Source: Acidimicrobiia bacterium
GTDB taxonomy: Bacteria; Actinomycetota; Acidimicrobiia; Acidimicrobiales; JBBSGY01
DNA: 64,000 bases
Reading direction: 5' to 3'
Assembly: GCA_039812705.1 (NCBI GenBank)
Contig: JBDIBA010000003.1
Location: 10,566-74,565 of the forward strand
In this document: positions 1 through 9,666 of the stretch, piece by piece
Numbering within the stretch: the first letter of the stretch is position 1
How the letters are laid out: every line of letters starts with the position of its first letter
Position numbers and translations under genes: made by a program
Notes under the pieces: generated by a model
What the model was told of the DNA's origin: nothing
Database searches by the model: none
Seen by the model: only the letters and a program-made list of their open reading frames with translations

Positions 1-345
1 ACTCCCAAAGCCTCGATTCTTGTTACGTCGGCCGGAAACATTTCCTATTTCCTTGACCATAAGCAACCGGTTGTCGATGGGCTGGGGAAGATGGACCCGG
101 TCATTGCCCACCACATTCCGCGGCGACCTGACTTCCCGCCTGGTCACCAGAAATGGGACTACTACAGGTCTATCGGTGAATTGCGCCCTGACGTCATTTC
201 GCAACTGTTCGCTGCAACCGATGATGACATCAGAATGATTCTCTCTGCAGGCTACGAACCCATTGGGGACGCTTTTGTACGCAGGGACAGTGAAGAGGTC
301 AACAGAGATGGACTACGGGAGTGGCTCGCTGCTCACCCGCACTGA
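1..345 (+). CDS. C-terminal fragment of a CDS that starts upstream of the window; function unknown
   Basis: Frame +1 is open from nt 1 to the stop at 343-345. The track shows only the Met-initiated tail (91..345). No diagnostic motif recognised. Confidence 0.4.
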   Translation, partial: TPKASILVTSAGNISYFLDHKQPVVDGLGKMDPVIAHHIPRRPDFPPGHQKWDYYRSIGELRPDVISQLFAATDDDIRMILSAGYEPIGDAFVRRDSEEVNRDGLREWLAAHPH

Positions 346-371
346 CAACCACTAACAAACACGCAGGCGCG

Positions 372-941
372 TTAGCCGGTCACGCCCTCAAAGATCAGTA
401 TCAAACCAAAAGCAACAAACAACACGGACGCAACAATCTTGATGATGCGTTCTGGCATCATCCGCGCAAGTTGAGAGCCCGCCAAGATTGCCAACGCATC
501 AGCTGCAACCATTCCGACAGTTGAGCCAATCCAAACCCCCCAAACGTTCCTGTCGGCAGCGAGCGTGATGGTCGCAAGCATTGTCTTGTCACCCAGTTCG
601 GCGAGGAAGAACGCCGAACCGACAGCAATAATCGCTGCGCCCTTGGTACGACGAGCCTTCTTGGACTCATCGTCATTGAGGGTGTCACCGCGCATTGTCC
701 AGATTGCAAACAGCAAGAACGCGACGCCGGCAACAATGTTGACAACCGATGTCGGAAGTGCGTTGCCCGCAACATGTCCAATGAGCACCGAGGCTGCGTG
801 AACAATCGCAGTAGCGACCGTGATCCCGATAAGGACATCGCGAGCACGAAAACGTGAAGCAAACGCCAATGCCATCAACTGGCTCTTGTCGCCAAGTTCA
901 GCAAGAAAGATGACACCGATACTCAGCCACAACGCGCTCAT
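372..941 (-). CDS. TMEM165/GDT1 (UPF0016) family cation transporter
   Basis: Two copies of the family signature E-x-G-D-K-[ST] (ELGDKSQL, ELGDKTML), each opening a hydrophobic half. 189 aa polytopic membrane protein. Confidence 0.8.
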   Translation of the reverse strand: MSALWLSIGVIFLAELGDKSQLMALAFASRFRARDVLIGITVATAIVHAASVLIGHVAGNALPTSVVNIVAGVAFLLFAIWTMRGDTLNDDESKKARRTKGAAIIAVGSAFFLAELGDKTMLATITLAADRNVWGVWIGSTVGMVAADALAILAGSQLARMMPERIIKIVASVLFVAFGLILIFEGVTG

Positions 942-979
942 TTGTAGTTACCTCAGAATTGTTTGCGCATTACGGAAGC

Positions 980-1798
980 TCAACTCCCGGCATGACTGCG
1001 ATAACGCTTTACACAGAACGGAATGAGTATAACCAACAACCCGACCATCCATAGGAGCGACAGCCACAAGTGATCACCCAACGGTTGATCTAACAGCAGC
1101 GCGCGAACGGCGTCGATGACGTGAGTCACAGGTTGGTTGTTCGCAAATGCCTGCAACCAACCAGGCATGGTCGAAGTCGGGACAAATGTGCTTGCCGCAA
1201 ACGTCAGCGGAAATACAGCGGTGAAGGCAATCTGTTGAACGGCTTCAACGGTACGCAGGGTCAAGCCAAACACCGCAGCCACCCACGAAATAACCCAGCC
1301 AAATGCAAGCAGCAAGGCTGCTGCAGCAAGCCAGCTAAGCGGATTGCCCTCTGGCCGAAAACCAACAAGTAAGCCGACAATGATCATGATGACAACGGTG
1401 AACGCATTACGAAGCAGGTCCGCGTTCATGCGGCCCAACAAGACCGCAAGGCTGGACATTGGCAACGAACGGAATCGGTCGATTACGCCCTTTTCCAGGT
1501 CTGAGGCAAGCCCGATTCCCGTTGTCAGCGAACCGAAAATGACGGTCTGAACAAAGATTCCGGCCATTAAGAAGTTGACGTAAGACTCGTTGCCAGTGTT
1601 GATTGCGCCGCCAAACACGTAGCGGAACAACAAGATGAACATGATCGGCTGAATGGTCGCGCCTGCCCACAAGTCTGGAATGCGCAACGTCTGCAACATG
1701 TGCCGTTTCGTCATCACGGCGGTGTCGCTAATCAGGTAACCAAGACTTGACTTTTTCTCGGGCTGAACTGCAGCGCTCGGCTGAACGATCACGCTCAC
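980..1798 (-). CDS. ABC-2 type transporter permease (DrrB-like exporter subunit)
   Basis: 272 aa with about 6 hydrophobic segments. Its start overlaps the stop of the upstream ATPase gene by 4 nt (1795-1798), the usual DrrAB-type pairing. Confidence 0.8.
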   Translation of the reverse strand: MSVIVQPSAAVQPEKKSSLGYLISDTAVMTKRHMLQTLRIPDLWAGATIQPIMFILLFRYVFGGAINTGNESYVNFLMAGIFVQTVIFGSLTTGIGLASDLEKGVIDRFRSLPMSSLAVLLGRMNADLLRNAFTVVIMIIVGLLVGFRPEGNPLSWLAAAALLLAFGWVISWVAAVFGLTLRTVEAVQQIAFTAVFPLTFAASTFVPTSTMPGWLQAFANNQPVTHVIDAVRALLLDQPLGDHLWLSLLWMVGLLVILIPFCVKRYRSHAGS

Positions 1799-2781
1799 TT
1801 GGAAACCTCTTCCTCTTCTTCGGTAGTGCGCCCAGTCAAGGACAAGAACACCTCGTCAAGCGTTGGGCGACGCAATCCAAAGTCATCAATGGTTACGCCC
1901 TGTTCGCCAAGTGCGGCAAGGATGCGCGGAGCCTTTGAGGCACCTTGCACAACGGGCATGACAATGTGTCGACGCTGCTTCTCGACGTGCAGCTCGCCTT
2001 CACCGAACTGTTCAATCGACTTGGCGGCCGCATCGACATCTGCTCCAGCGCCAAGCGTCACTTCAATTCGTTCGCCACCGACTTGAGTCTTGAGTTCATC
2101 GGCGGTTCCACGCGCAATAACGCGACCGTGGTCAATCACAACAATCTCGTCGGCTAATTGGTCTGCCTCTTCGAGATATTGCGTAGTCAACAACACGGTG
2201 GTGCCGGCCTCAACCAGCTCTTCAACAATCTTCCAAACCGCAAGGCGGCTGCGAGGGTCGAGACCCGTAGTCGGTTCATCAAGGAACAGGATCTTTGGCG
2301 AAGCCATCAGGCTTGCGGCAAGGTCTAGGCGACGCCTCATGCCACCCGAGTACGTCTTTACGGGACGTTTCGATGCATCGACAAGGTCAAACCGTTGCAA
2401 CAAGTCATCACTGCGTTCCTGTACGTACTGCTTGGGCAGGTGATACAAGCGCCCGACCATGTCTAGGTTCTCGCGTCCGCTCAAATACTCGTCTACCGCT
2501 GCGTATTGACCGGTTAGTCCGATTGTGCGACGCAACTCATTCTGCTGAGTCTTGATGTTGTAACCAGCAACCCAGGCATTACCCGCATCTGCAGTCAGCA
2601 ACGTGGACAACATGCGCACTGTTGTTGTCTTGCCCGCGCCGTTTGGACCGAGCAAACCAAGGACGGTTCCGCGCTTGACCTCTAACGACAGGTTGTCAAC
2701 CGCTTTGGTTTTGCCAAAGGATTTGGAAAGGCCCTGCGCCTTGATTACATAGTCATCGCTCACAGCGGCAGAGTTTGTCAT
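1795..2781 (-). CDS. ABC transporter ATP-binding protein (DrrA/daunorubicin-resistance-like)
   Basis: Walker A GPNGAGKTT, ABC signature YSGGMRRRL, Walker B ILFLDEPTTGLD. C-terminal extension typical of DrrA-like ATPases. Confidence 0.9.
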   Translation of the reverse strand: MTNSAAVSDDYVIKAQGLSKSFGKTKAVDNLSLEVKRGTVLGLLGPNGAGKTTTVRMLSTLLTADAGNAWVAGYNIKTQQNELRRTIGLTGQYAAVDEYLSGRENLDMVGRLYHLPKQYVQERSDDLLQRFDLVDASKRPVKTYSGGMRRRLDLAASLMASPKILFLDEPTTGLDPRSRLAVWKIVEELVEAGTTVLLTTQYLEEADQLADEIVVIDHGRVIARGTADELKTQVGGERIEVTLGAGADVDAAAKSIEQFGEGELHVEKQRRHIVMPVVQGASKAPRILAALGEQGVTIDDFGLRRPTLDEVFLSLTGRTTEEEEEVSK

Positions 2782-2834
2782 ATCGATCGCAAACGCAACG
2801 GATGTGTTTGCTGAACTTGAAGCAAACTAGGCGA

Positions 2835-3449
2835 TTAGCGATCTTGCAGTGCATCGAGTGCAATCGCAAACGCAATGGCAACACGGCGATCGATCCTGCG
2901 TTCGGTGTCACCTGTCAGATCCATGACGTAGCGGTCACGCCATGACCAGATGCGCCGATACTTTCCAACTTCACGTCCGTCGATCTTGATGGTGAAGTGA
3001 AACGGAAGCAGAAACGGGACCTCGCCAACGACGGGAATCCAACCCCATACGCGGCGCAAAATTGCAATAAACATGTCCGATTCTTCGGCTGTTGCAACGA
3101 TTCCACCCTGAGCATCGAGAATCTGCCAAGTCGAGCGCAACAAAGACGCGCCAAAGACTTTCTGCAAGGAGCCGATAGCGGTTCCATCCGGCAGTCGGAC
3201 GTCGCTGCGGCCACGAAACTCAAACACCTTGCGCGCCTTGATCTGCAAGAACGGCGTGTCGGTTTCACCTTCGGTGAAGTTCACCTGCTCGCGAATCTTC
3301 ATGCGCTTCTGACGTACTTTCGCCAGCACTCGTCCATCGCTGTTGTCGTCCGTGCCGACTTCGTGAACCGTGTAGGTGTTCACCATTGGTGCAAACCGCT
3401 GCTGCACAATGAACTTATCGAGAGTGGTGACTTCTTCGCTGAGCGCCAT
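2835..3449 (-). CDS. Scramblase / LURP-one-related family protein (putative)
   Basis: 204 aa. The pattern FIVQQRF...KVRQKRMKIREQ...KARKVFEFRG...STWQILD...G resembles the bacterial scramblase-like (tubby-fold) family. Called by eye only. Confidence 0.5.
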   Translation of the reverse strand: MALSEEVTTLDKFIVQQRFAPMVNTYTVHEVGTDDNSDGRVLAKVRQKRMKIREQVNFTEGETDTPFLQIKARKVFEFRGRSDVRLPDGTAIGSLQKVFGASLLRSTWQILDAQGGIVATAEESDMFIAILRRVWGWIPVVGEVPFLLPFHFTIKIDGREVGKYRRIWSWRDRYVMDLTGDTERRIDRRVAIAFAIALDALQDR

Positions 3450-3500
3450 CGCGCTAGCTAATCACCGAATCGAACGCGTGTCGCGCAAATTCTTGAACAA

Positions 3501-4610
3501 CTATTCCCAGGAGCGTTTCGCAAGCTGCGATTTCACGCGTTCGATGTAAGAGTTCGCGGCCGGGTCGTGCCATTGGCCCGAGTAGTGAACACCTACACAA
3601 CCCCAGGCGTCGCCACGGGTGCGAGCCCCCAACCAGCCAACCCCTTCGTAACACGCGCGCTTCATGGCAAGCGAATAGTCAAGGTTGTACGCCGTTGAAC
3701 GCGCGCTCATGGGATAAGTGCCAGGGTGATAGTCGCTGCGCACCTGAAGCAGGCCAAATGCAGTCGGACACTCAAAGAGTGGTGTGGTCGTCGTCGTTGT
3801 TGGCAATGCCGAACCAACAGTCGTTGACGGAGTTCCCTCAATGGGTGCAGTCGTTGTCGGTGTTGGAGGTGGTGTCGTTGCCGGACCAGGTTGAGTTGTT
3901 GTGGTTATCCCACCGACGACAACGCGTCGCAAGGACTTGTCTGCGCACTTGGCCGGGTTGGTTTCATACCCACCCAATGCGCCTTGGCGCCAGCCGCTTT
4001 CGACCATCACTTGCGCTCGCACGGGATCTGGGTCAAACCCCCACTTGCACGAAGCCCATTGAATCAACTCGTCTGTCGTGCCGGCGTAACCACCAGTGAC
4101 TCGCTTTGCCAAGTAGGCCGCTGCTGGCCCCCAGTTAGAAAGAGGCGCGCTGCCCTTTCCCTTGGTCTTGTTTGCCTTTGCGTTGGCAGGGCGATTCTCT
4201 CCTGCTCTTGTTACGCGGGCCGCGCATTCAGCATCGCTTGGAAGCGGCTGACCAGGTTGGACCGCGAACGCACCAACATTGTCGTCGGGTGAAGGAGCCT
4301 CAACAGCTAGCGGCGCAGCGGGCAGAGTCGTCGGCACTGCACCTGCCTGCGGCGTCATCAATGGTGTTGCAACACTCGCCAAAACGGTCTGGGGAACAAT
4401 CTGAGCATCCTGACGCGGTTCTTCGCTGCCTTGTGCGCGCATGACGGGTACCTGCGAAGGCACGAACGCCAACAAGACCAACCCACACAAGATGTATTCG
4501 CGCCATCTCTCAGACACGTGGGACAGCCTCGACCCGGCCGCACGAGCGGCGGTCACCGGGTTCATTAGTCGCGCACGCCTAGTCACCCTTACTAATCGGC
4601 AGAAGCTCAA
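3501..4610 (-). CDS. Secreted or membrane-anchored lytic transglycosylase (SLT-like) with an internal Thr/Pro-rich insertion
   Basis: Catalytic-type VMVESGW motif and FGLLQV...Y motif of SLT domains. N-terminal hydrophobic anchor ILCGLVLLAFVPS. About 50 aa of T/P low complexity lies between the two motifs. The true start may be the internal Met at 4565. Confidence 0.65.
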   Translation of the reverse strand: MSFCRLVRVTRRARLMNPVTAARAAGSRLSHVSERWREYILCGLVLLAFVPSQVPVMRAQGSEEPRQDAQIVPQTVLASVATPLMTPQAGAVPTTLPAAPLAVEAPSPDDNVGAFAVQPGQPLPSDAECAARVTRAGENRPANAKANKTKGKGSAPLSNWGPAAAYLAKRVTGGYAGTTDELIQWASCKWGFDPDPVRAQVMVESGWRQGALGGYETNPAKCADKSLRRVVVGGITTTTQPGPATTPPPTPTTTAPIEGTPSTTVGSALPTTTTTTPLFECPTAFGLLQVRSDYHPGTYPMSARSTAYNLDYSLAMKRACYEGVGWLGARTRGDAWGCVGVHYSGQWHDPAANSYIERVKSQLAKRSWE

Positions 4611-4771
4611 TCATGAGAACCGGTTCGGGCGAACTTTCGTCATGAAATTGACGCTCAAGCCAACTTGAAAAGCTGCCGATAATTACTTGTATATGCCCGT
4701 GGTCAGGCTTGTTGATCTGGGCTTTTTTGGGTGATATTCATGCGTGTCACCGGGCCGAAGTCCGCGGGCAA

Positions 4772-6142
4772 TCAGCAACGCCTTCTTTGGTTGAGTTCTC
4801 GCGCTAGCCCGTCATCACCATCGAACGCGGCCCGCCACGACGTGATCGCTTGGGAATCGCTGACCTTCCATATTTCCCGGTATGCAATATCTTCCGAAAA
4901 GGTCGGCAGATGATCTTGATTCCAACAGACCGAGCTACGAAAGAGTGCTCCGGGAGCGTTCATGAATCCTGAAACCAGCACCAAGCATGCAACGACACCA
5001 GCACTGAACCTGCGCCATATTTGATCTAGATCCGCGATCCATTGGAGAGCAGGGATAGCAAGAACCACCAGAATCGGCACGGCATCCGTAAGCAAACGTG
5101 GCCCATAGGAATGACCGCCCCACCAGCTATCGAATGTGACTACTGCGACCCACTGAATGATTGCGGCAAAAACCAACGCTATAAACAGTCCATCGAGTAC
5201 ACGCTTACGCACCAAGTACACGACGCCAACAATCGCCAAGGACAAAAACGGTGAAAAGACGAACAATCCGCGCGACGGACTGAACAGCGTGGAGATCGAC
5301 GATCGCGGAACCCACGGCGCAAAAGGGTTCAATCGACCCGCTGCGAAGTATTCGGGAACCGCTGTTCCATAAAGGCTGTTGTTAACAAGAAACCACGGAA
5401 TCAAGACGAAAGCGGCCCCAAGCATCGCAAGTGGAAACATGCGCCGGTGTTTGATCGCCAACCAAATCCCGATGGGTAAAGCGAGAGAAACAGCTGTTGG
5501 TCGCACTGTGTAGGCAGCCGCCAGGGGAATTCCAATCAATGCTGCGAATCGCGGATTTCGTTTCGATTTCAACGCAAGCCAGATTGCGCATAGATACAGC
5601 AACATCACTGGTCCATGTGTCCACAAAGACCGAGTAGCTGAAGACCAAGCACCCGTGCCTAATCCATACGCGAGGGTAACTCCTAGAGCAGTCCACTCCC
5701 GTTTTCCACGGCTCCACTTTGAAAGCAACTCCAATGCAATGTGGCGCATCAACAGTGCTGACAACGCCACCAGAATCGAGGACGTCACCACCTGATATTG
5801 AATGGTTGAGAATGGAGAACCAGGGTCCTCATCAGCAAGCGGCGGTTGGCCTATGCGATCACGAATTGCATCACCAACCCAAACCACTGGCGCCTCAAAT
5901 ATCGCCGGTGTCCAGGGAAAAAACGAGACAAGACGGCCGTTATGGTCGCGAAGTCCGTAGAGGTCTGGTTCTACATACTCTCGGTATCGATTGACATCGA
6001 GGGTTTGATGATGAACGAGCTCGCTGGCAATAAACGAGTACCTCATGGTGTCGGACATCACCCGCACTGGGCTCAGTAAGTAAATCGTCAGAAGAACTGC
6101 GAACAACCCAAGATTGATTGCGATACCTCGAGCGCCCTTCAT
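4772..6142 (-). CDS. Polytopic membrane protein, GT-C-fold glycosyltransferase-like (ArnT/PMT-like)
   Basis: 456 aa with more than 10 hydrophobic segments. Acidic first loop (YREYVEPDLYGLRD) and a late SWWGGHSYGPRLL motif, as in GT-C enzymes. 4-nt overlap with the upstream gene (6139-6142). Confidence 0.55.
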   Translation of the reverse strand: MKGARGIAINLGLFAVLLTIYLLSPVRVMSDTMRYSFIASELVHHQTLDVNRYREYVEPDLYGLRDHNGRLVSFFPWTPAIFEAPVVWVGDAIRDRIGQPPLADEDPGSPFSTIQYQVVTSSILVALSALLMRHIALELLSKWSRGKREWTALGVTLAYGLGTGAWSSATRSLWTHGPVMLLYLCAIWLALKSKRNPRFAALIGIPLAAAYTVRPTAVSLALPIGIWLAIKHRRMFPLAMLGAAFVLIPWFLVNNSLYGTAVPEYFAAGRLNPFAPWVPRSSISTLFSPSRGLFVFSPFLSLAIVGVVYLVRKRVLDGLFIALVFAAIIQWVAVVTFDSWWGGHSYGPRLLTDAVPILVVLAIPALQWIADLDQIWRRFSAGVVACLVLVSGFMNAPGALFRSSVCWNQDHLPTFSEDIAYREIWKVSDSQAITSWRAAFDGDDGLARELNQRRRC

Positions 6143-8436
6143 CTACTGGGTGCCACGGTCATATCAATTATTCGAAAGTTCATTTCTTGCGTGTCAGTTG
6201 GACTCTTTACCGAAGCGGCGTTCGAATCAATCTCGATCTGACTGAAACCCGGCTCGAGCGTCATCTCATGCGCAACCTCAATCGGTTCGTCAGCTGCCGT
6301 TACTTCTTGCTGCTTCCCATCTGGCCAATGCACAACGAAATTGGTTGGCAAACCAAAACCTTGAACAACTTGAAAGGTAATGCGCGTTGCTTGAGCGGAT
6401 CTGGAAACGTTGTTAAGTGGAAGCGTGACGTCTTTCGGAGCCCACACGAAACAGCTTGCCTCTTGACATTGAGGTCGATACGCGGGCGCGCTCACCTGAA
6501 CAGTGACAGGGAAGAACAAACTTTCACGCATTAGCTGCATGTAATTGGAATCCTGTGAATGACGCTTTTCTGAAAAGTCACGAAGGTCGAAGAACGACAT
6601 TCTTCCATTGCGGCTGACAAGTGGCTTTGCTCCAGTAATTGACGACACTTGCGTTTCAATATCGACAGCGCGGTCTTGATACGCGTAGCGATCGATGTAA
6701 AGGCCCGTGAACTCAGCCGCAACGATTTGGTCAAGCAGTGTTGGAACGTCAAAGAAATCCAACCTCGATTGCCAGTCAGCCTCGACACGTCCCTCAATAC
6801 CGCCGTAACTCCAACGCAAGTTCTTCGTATGCAAGTAAGGACGCAACGGATCGTACGCGTCCATCTGGTTGTACTGAAGCTTCATTGGCTCAGGAAACTG
6901 CGTGCGTGGCAGTTGGAACACACGGGAATTGGCAGGCATTGTTGCCTCGACTTTGGCAAAGAAGTCAGCGTCGTCCTGAAACACTTGGCGGTTTTGCGCA
7001 TAGGCAATTCCCTGCGTCATCCCGAACTGATCAAAGGCACCGAACGCCAGAAGAATTGCCAGCAATGCCGCAGCGACAACCGGCTTGCGCAAGGTCACAA
7101 ACTTTCGCGCCGCCTTATCAATCAACAGTCCAACCGCGACCAATGACATGAAGGCAATAACAATTGACATGCGGTTCCAACCGCGAATCTGCGAGGTAAT
7201 CAGCAGCGAAACCAGTGTTGCGAAACCGCCAACCGTTGCGCTTATCAGTGCGACCAAAGTCAGCAATGCAAGATGCGACTCTGTTTCATCTGCACTTGAT
7301 CGACCAACCAATCGGCGAGCAATCACGAACAACAAATACAGCAGTCCAATGGACGCGACCAGGCCCAATGCCGTTGATATGTATTCACCCGGCACTGGAA
7401 ACTTCGAGACGTACTCACCGCGCAACTGAGCTAACGCCTGAATGCGATAACCGTTGTTGGGCAACAACATCTGCGCAAGCTTGAGTCCATAGGTTTCAGT
7501 GTCGGACTCCAACCGCTTTGCACCAAGCACGTTCGCGCCATAGTCGTCGCGATAAGCAAAGGTAGGCGCCGCCAACATGACGAACGTCAGTGCCATGACT
7601 ACAAACACGACGCCGACTTGCACAACGTGTGACCAGCGCCGCTTAAACAACATCACAACCGCCGCCGTGATCAGCAAGATGGCAGTGAACGCCGCGTAGT
7701 AGATCGAGCTGGACACGAGCACTACAGCAAAAAGAACAGTCCGTAGGTTGTGCCAGTTGGCAAACCGTTTCAGATTCGTTACTGACTCGCGCGCGACAAA
7801 CAGAGTTCCGCCTGCCAACACAGTCATTGCCATCCAGACGCCAAGTGGCACAGCGAAATAGCCCGACAGGAAGTAGTGGCTTGGTCCGCGACCAAAGTGA
7901 TACGGAGCTATTGCATAAAGGATCGACAACGCCGTGGCCACCCACGGAGACACACCAAGCTTGCGCATTGCCCACCAGGCGGCAAGACCTATCGCTGGAA
8001 ACTCAATCAAGTAGATGATGTTTTGCAGCGCCGCCCAGTTGTCAGTGAACAGCGAGAACACTTTTGCCACATACAAAGGCAACAGGTCGGTCAGTGGCCA
8101 GTCTTGGTAATGCTGAGTAAAGGGAGCTGCAAGGTAGGGATTGCTCCAGATGGTTCCGTTTTCAATGACTGCCTTAAATGCCATTGAGTTAGTCAACCCG
8201 TCGCCTGAGTAGGCAAACGGAATGCCGAGGTCGGCGTTCCAAACTCGGTAACAAACGCACGCAACCAATAGCGAACCAATCACTGAAGCAATCCACGGAA
8301 GATGTCTGCTGCGCACAAGACTTGCAATCACCGGCGGATTGTACGTGTCCAGGTTGCGCCACACCGGTGTTTCATCGAAGAACGTTGGACCTAGATGTCT
8401 TTGCGCAACTGCAAATACGTACGGCCTTCTATCCAA
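6139..8436 (-). CDS. Large membrane protein: N-terminal polytopic (GT-C/YfhO-like) domain plus about 280 aa extracytoplasmic C-terminal domain
   Basis: 765 aa ORF with about 12 TM segments followed by a soluble C-terminal region. The annotated start overlaps the GNAT gene by 46 nt, so the real start may be an internal GTG (8364 or 8331). Confidence 0.55.
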   Translation of the reverse strand: MDRRPYVFAVAQRHLGPTFFDETPVWRNLDTYNPPVIASLVRSRHLPWIASVIGSLLVACVCYRVWNADLGIPFAYSGDGLTNSMAFKAVIENGTIWSNPYLAAPFTQHYQDWPLTDLLPLYVAKVFSLFTDNWAALQNIIYLIEFPAIGLAAWWAMRKLGVSPWVATALSILYAIAPYHFGRGPSHYFLSGYFAVPLGVWMAMTVLAGGTLFVARESVTNLKRFANWHNLRTVLFAVVLVSSSIYYAAFTAILLITAAVVMLFKRRWSHVVQVGVVFVVMALTFVMLAAPTFAYRDDYGANVLGAKRLESDTETYGLKLAQMLLPNNGYRIQALAQLRGEYVSKFPVPGEYISTALGLVASIGLLYLLFVIARRLVGRSSADETESHLALLTLVALISATVGGFATLVSLLITSQIRGWNRMSIVIAFMSLVAVGLLIDKAARKFVTLRKPVVAAALLAILLAFGAFDQFGMTQGIAYAQNRQVFQDDADFFAKVEATMPANSRVFQLPRTQFPEPMKLQYNQMDAYDPLRPYLHTKNLRWSYGGIEGRVEADWQSRLDFFDVPTLLDQIVAAEFTGLYIDRYAYQDRAVDIETQVSSITGAKPLVSRNGRMSFFDLRDFSEKRHSQDSNYMQLMRESLFFPVTVQVSAPAYRPQCQEASCFVWAPKDVTLPLNNVSRSAQATRITFQVVQGFGLPTNFVVHWPDGKQQEVTAADEPIEVAHEMTLEPGFSQIEIDSNAASVKSPTDTQEMNFRIIDMTVAPSR

Positions 8437-8810
8437 TCGTCAATCTCAAACTCGGGACTCCAGCCAAGACGTTCATAAAGGCGTTGTTCATCTGAATCTG
8501 CAAGAACATGCAGTGCCAAACGACGGGCGCTGTTCTTCAGACAAACTTCTTCGAACTTCGCAAGCATCTCGGTGCCGACTCCACGTCCTCGAAACTCTGG
8601 GCCGACCAGCAACTCGGAGGCGTAACCGACCCCTCCAGCAGCCCAACCCTTGAGGACAGCAATGATTGAACTTCCTTGGCGAGCCGCAATAACAATGTTT
8701 TTTGTGGACTTAATTGCTTGATTTGGACCCGGCACCAAAGCCCACCCGTTAAGCATGAACTCCTCAACGTCGTCATCGGGCTTCTCACCGACTTGAAAGT
8801 CAAGATCCAT
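8391..8810 (-). CDS. GNAT family N-acetyltransferase
   Basis: Acetyl-CoA binding motif A, VGPEFRGRGVGTEML, then the LYERLGW tail. 139 aa. Confidence 0.8.
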   Translation of the reverse strand: MDLDFQVGEKPDDDVEEFMLNGWALVPGPNQAIKSTKNIVIAARQGSSIIAVLKGWAAGGVGYASELLVGPEFRGRGVGTEMLAKFEEVCLKNSARRLALHVLADSDEQRLYERLGWSPEFEIDDWIEGRTYLQLRKDI

Positions 8811-8922
8811 GTTGAGACGCTACCCGCCTCGCTAGAAAAAGGCACCGTGAACTCATTCACCAGGTAGTCAGCACGCTGTCCAATAACCTGGCCCGATAGC
8901 TGATGAACGCAAGGAGCAACCA

Positions 8923-9489
8923 ATGCGACCGCTGAAATACTCAATCAACGTCTCTCTTGACGGTTGTTGCGATCATCACGCAGGCGTTCCCAGCGAAGGG
9001 TTGCACAATCATCACGCGGCAAACCTTGAGCAAGCTGATGCACTTGTCCTTGGCCGAGTGACCTATCAGATGATGGAAGATGCGTGGCGCAGTTCGCCTG
9101 ACGGTGGCTTTGCCGATTGGATCGACGAAAAAATGATTCCGTTCGCAAAGACGATGGATGGGGCCAAGAAGTACGTCGTGTCCTCCACTTTGAAATCCGT
9201 GGACTGGAACTCCGAGCTCTTGCGCGATGATTTGGAAACTGCCGTACGCCAACTCAAAGAGCAGCCCGGCAAGGGACTTTTGACCGGCGGTGTGACGCTG
9301 CCGCTCGCACTAGCTGGATTAGGACTAATCGACGAGTACGAATTCGTTGTTCAGCCTGTTATTGCAGGTCACGGTCCTCGCCTATTGGAAGGTTTGCGTG
9401 ATCGCGTCGACCTGAAACTCACGGATCGCCAAGAACTCGACTCAGGAGCGGTTGTCCTGCGTTATAAGCCTCAACCGACAGGATCTTGA
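8923..9489 (+). CDS. Dihydrofolate reductase family protein (RibD C-terminal domain-like)
   Basis: 188 aa. Has the N-terminal KYSINVSLDG, LVLGRVTY, and VSSTL...GGVTL layout typical of RibD_C/DHFR-like proteins. Confidence 0.7.
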   Translation: MRPLKYSINVSLDGCCDHHAGVPSEGLHNHHAANLEQADALVLGRVTYQMMEDAWRSSPDGGFADWIDEKMIPFAKTMDGAKKYVVSSTLKSVDWNSELLRDDLETAVRQLKEQPGKGLLTGGVTLPLALAGLGLIDEYEFVVQPVIAGHGPRLLEGLRDRVDLKLTDRQELDSGAVVLRYKPQPTGS

Positions 9490-9521
9490 GTCAAGCCAAT
9501 CGCATTGCCATCGAGCCGGGG

Positions 9522-9594
9522 TGGAGACGATGGGACTCGAACCCACAACCCTCTGCTTGCAAAGCAGATGCGCTACCAATTGCGCCACGTCCCC
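9522..9594 (-). tRNA. tRNA-Ala (anticodon TGC)
   Basis: The reverse complement folds as a 73-nt cloverleaf: GGGGACG acceptor with the G3:U70 Ala identity pair, anticodon loop TTTGCAA, T-loop GGTTCGAGTCC. CCA is not fully encoded (ACC follows). Confidence 0.95.
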
Positions 9595-9666
9595 GAGACG
9601 GCGAAACTTTAGCCTAGGACAGACATCAGCGGAGGCCGTTTGAGTAGAGAGCCACCTGAGGCTGCG

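Noticed and set aside
4611-4771. Possible cyclic-di-AMP (ydaO-type) riboswitch upstream of the lytic transglycosylase, as seen before actinobacterial cell-wall hydrolases
   Set aside because: Reading the - strand, I found none of the conserved ydaO core elements or pseudo-symmetric helices.
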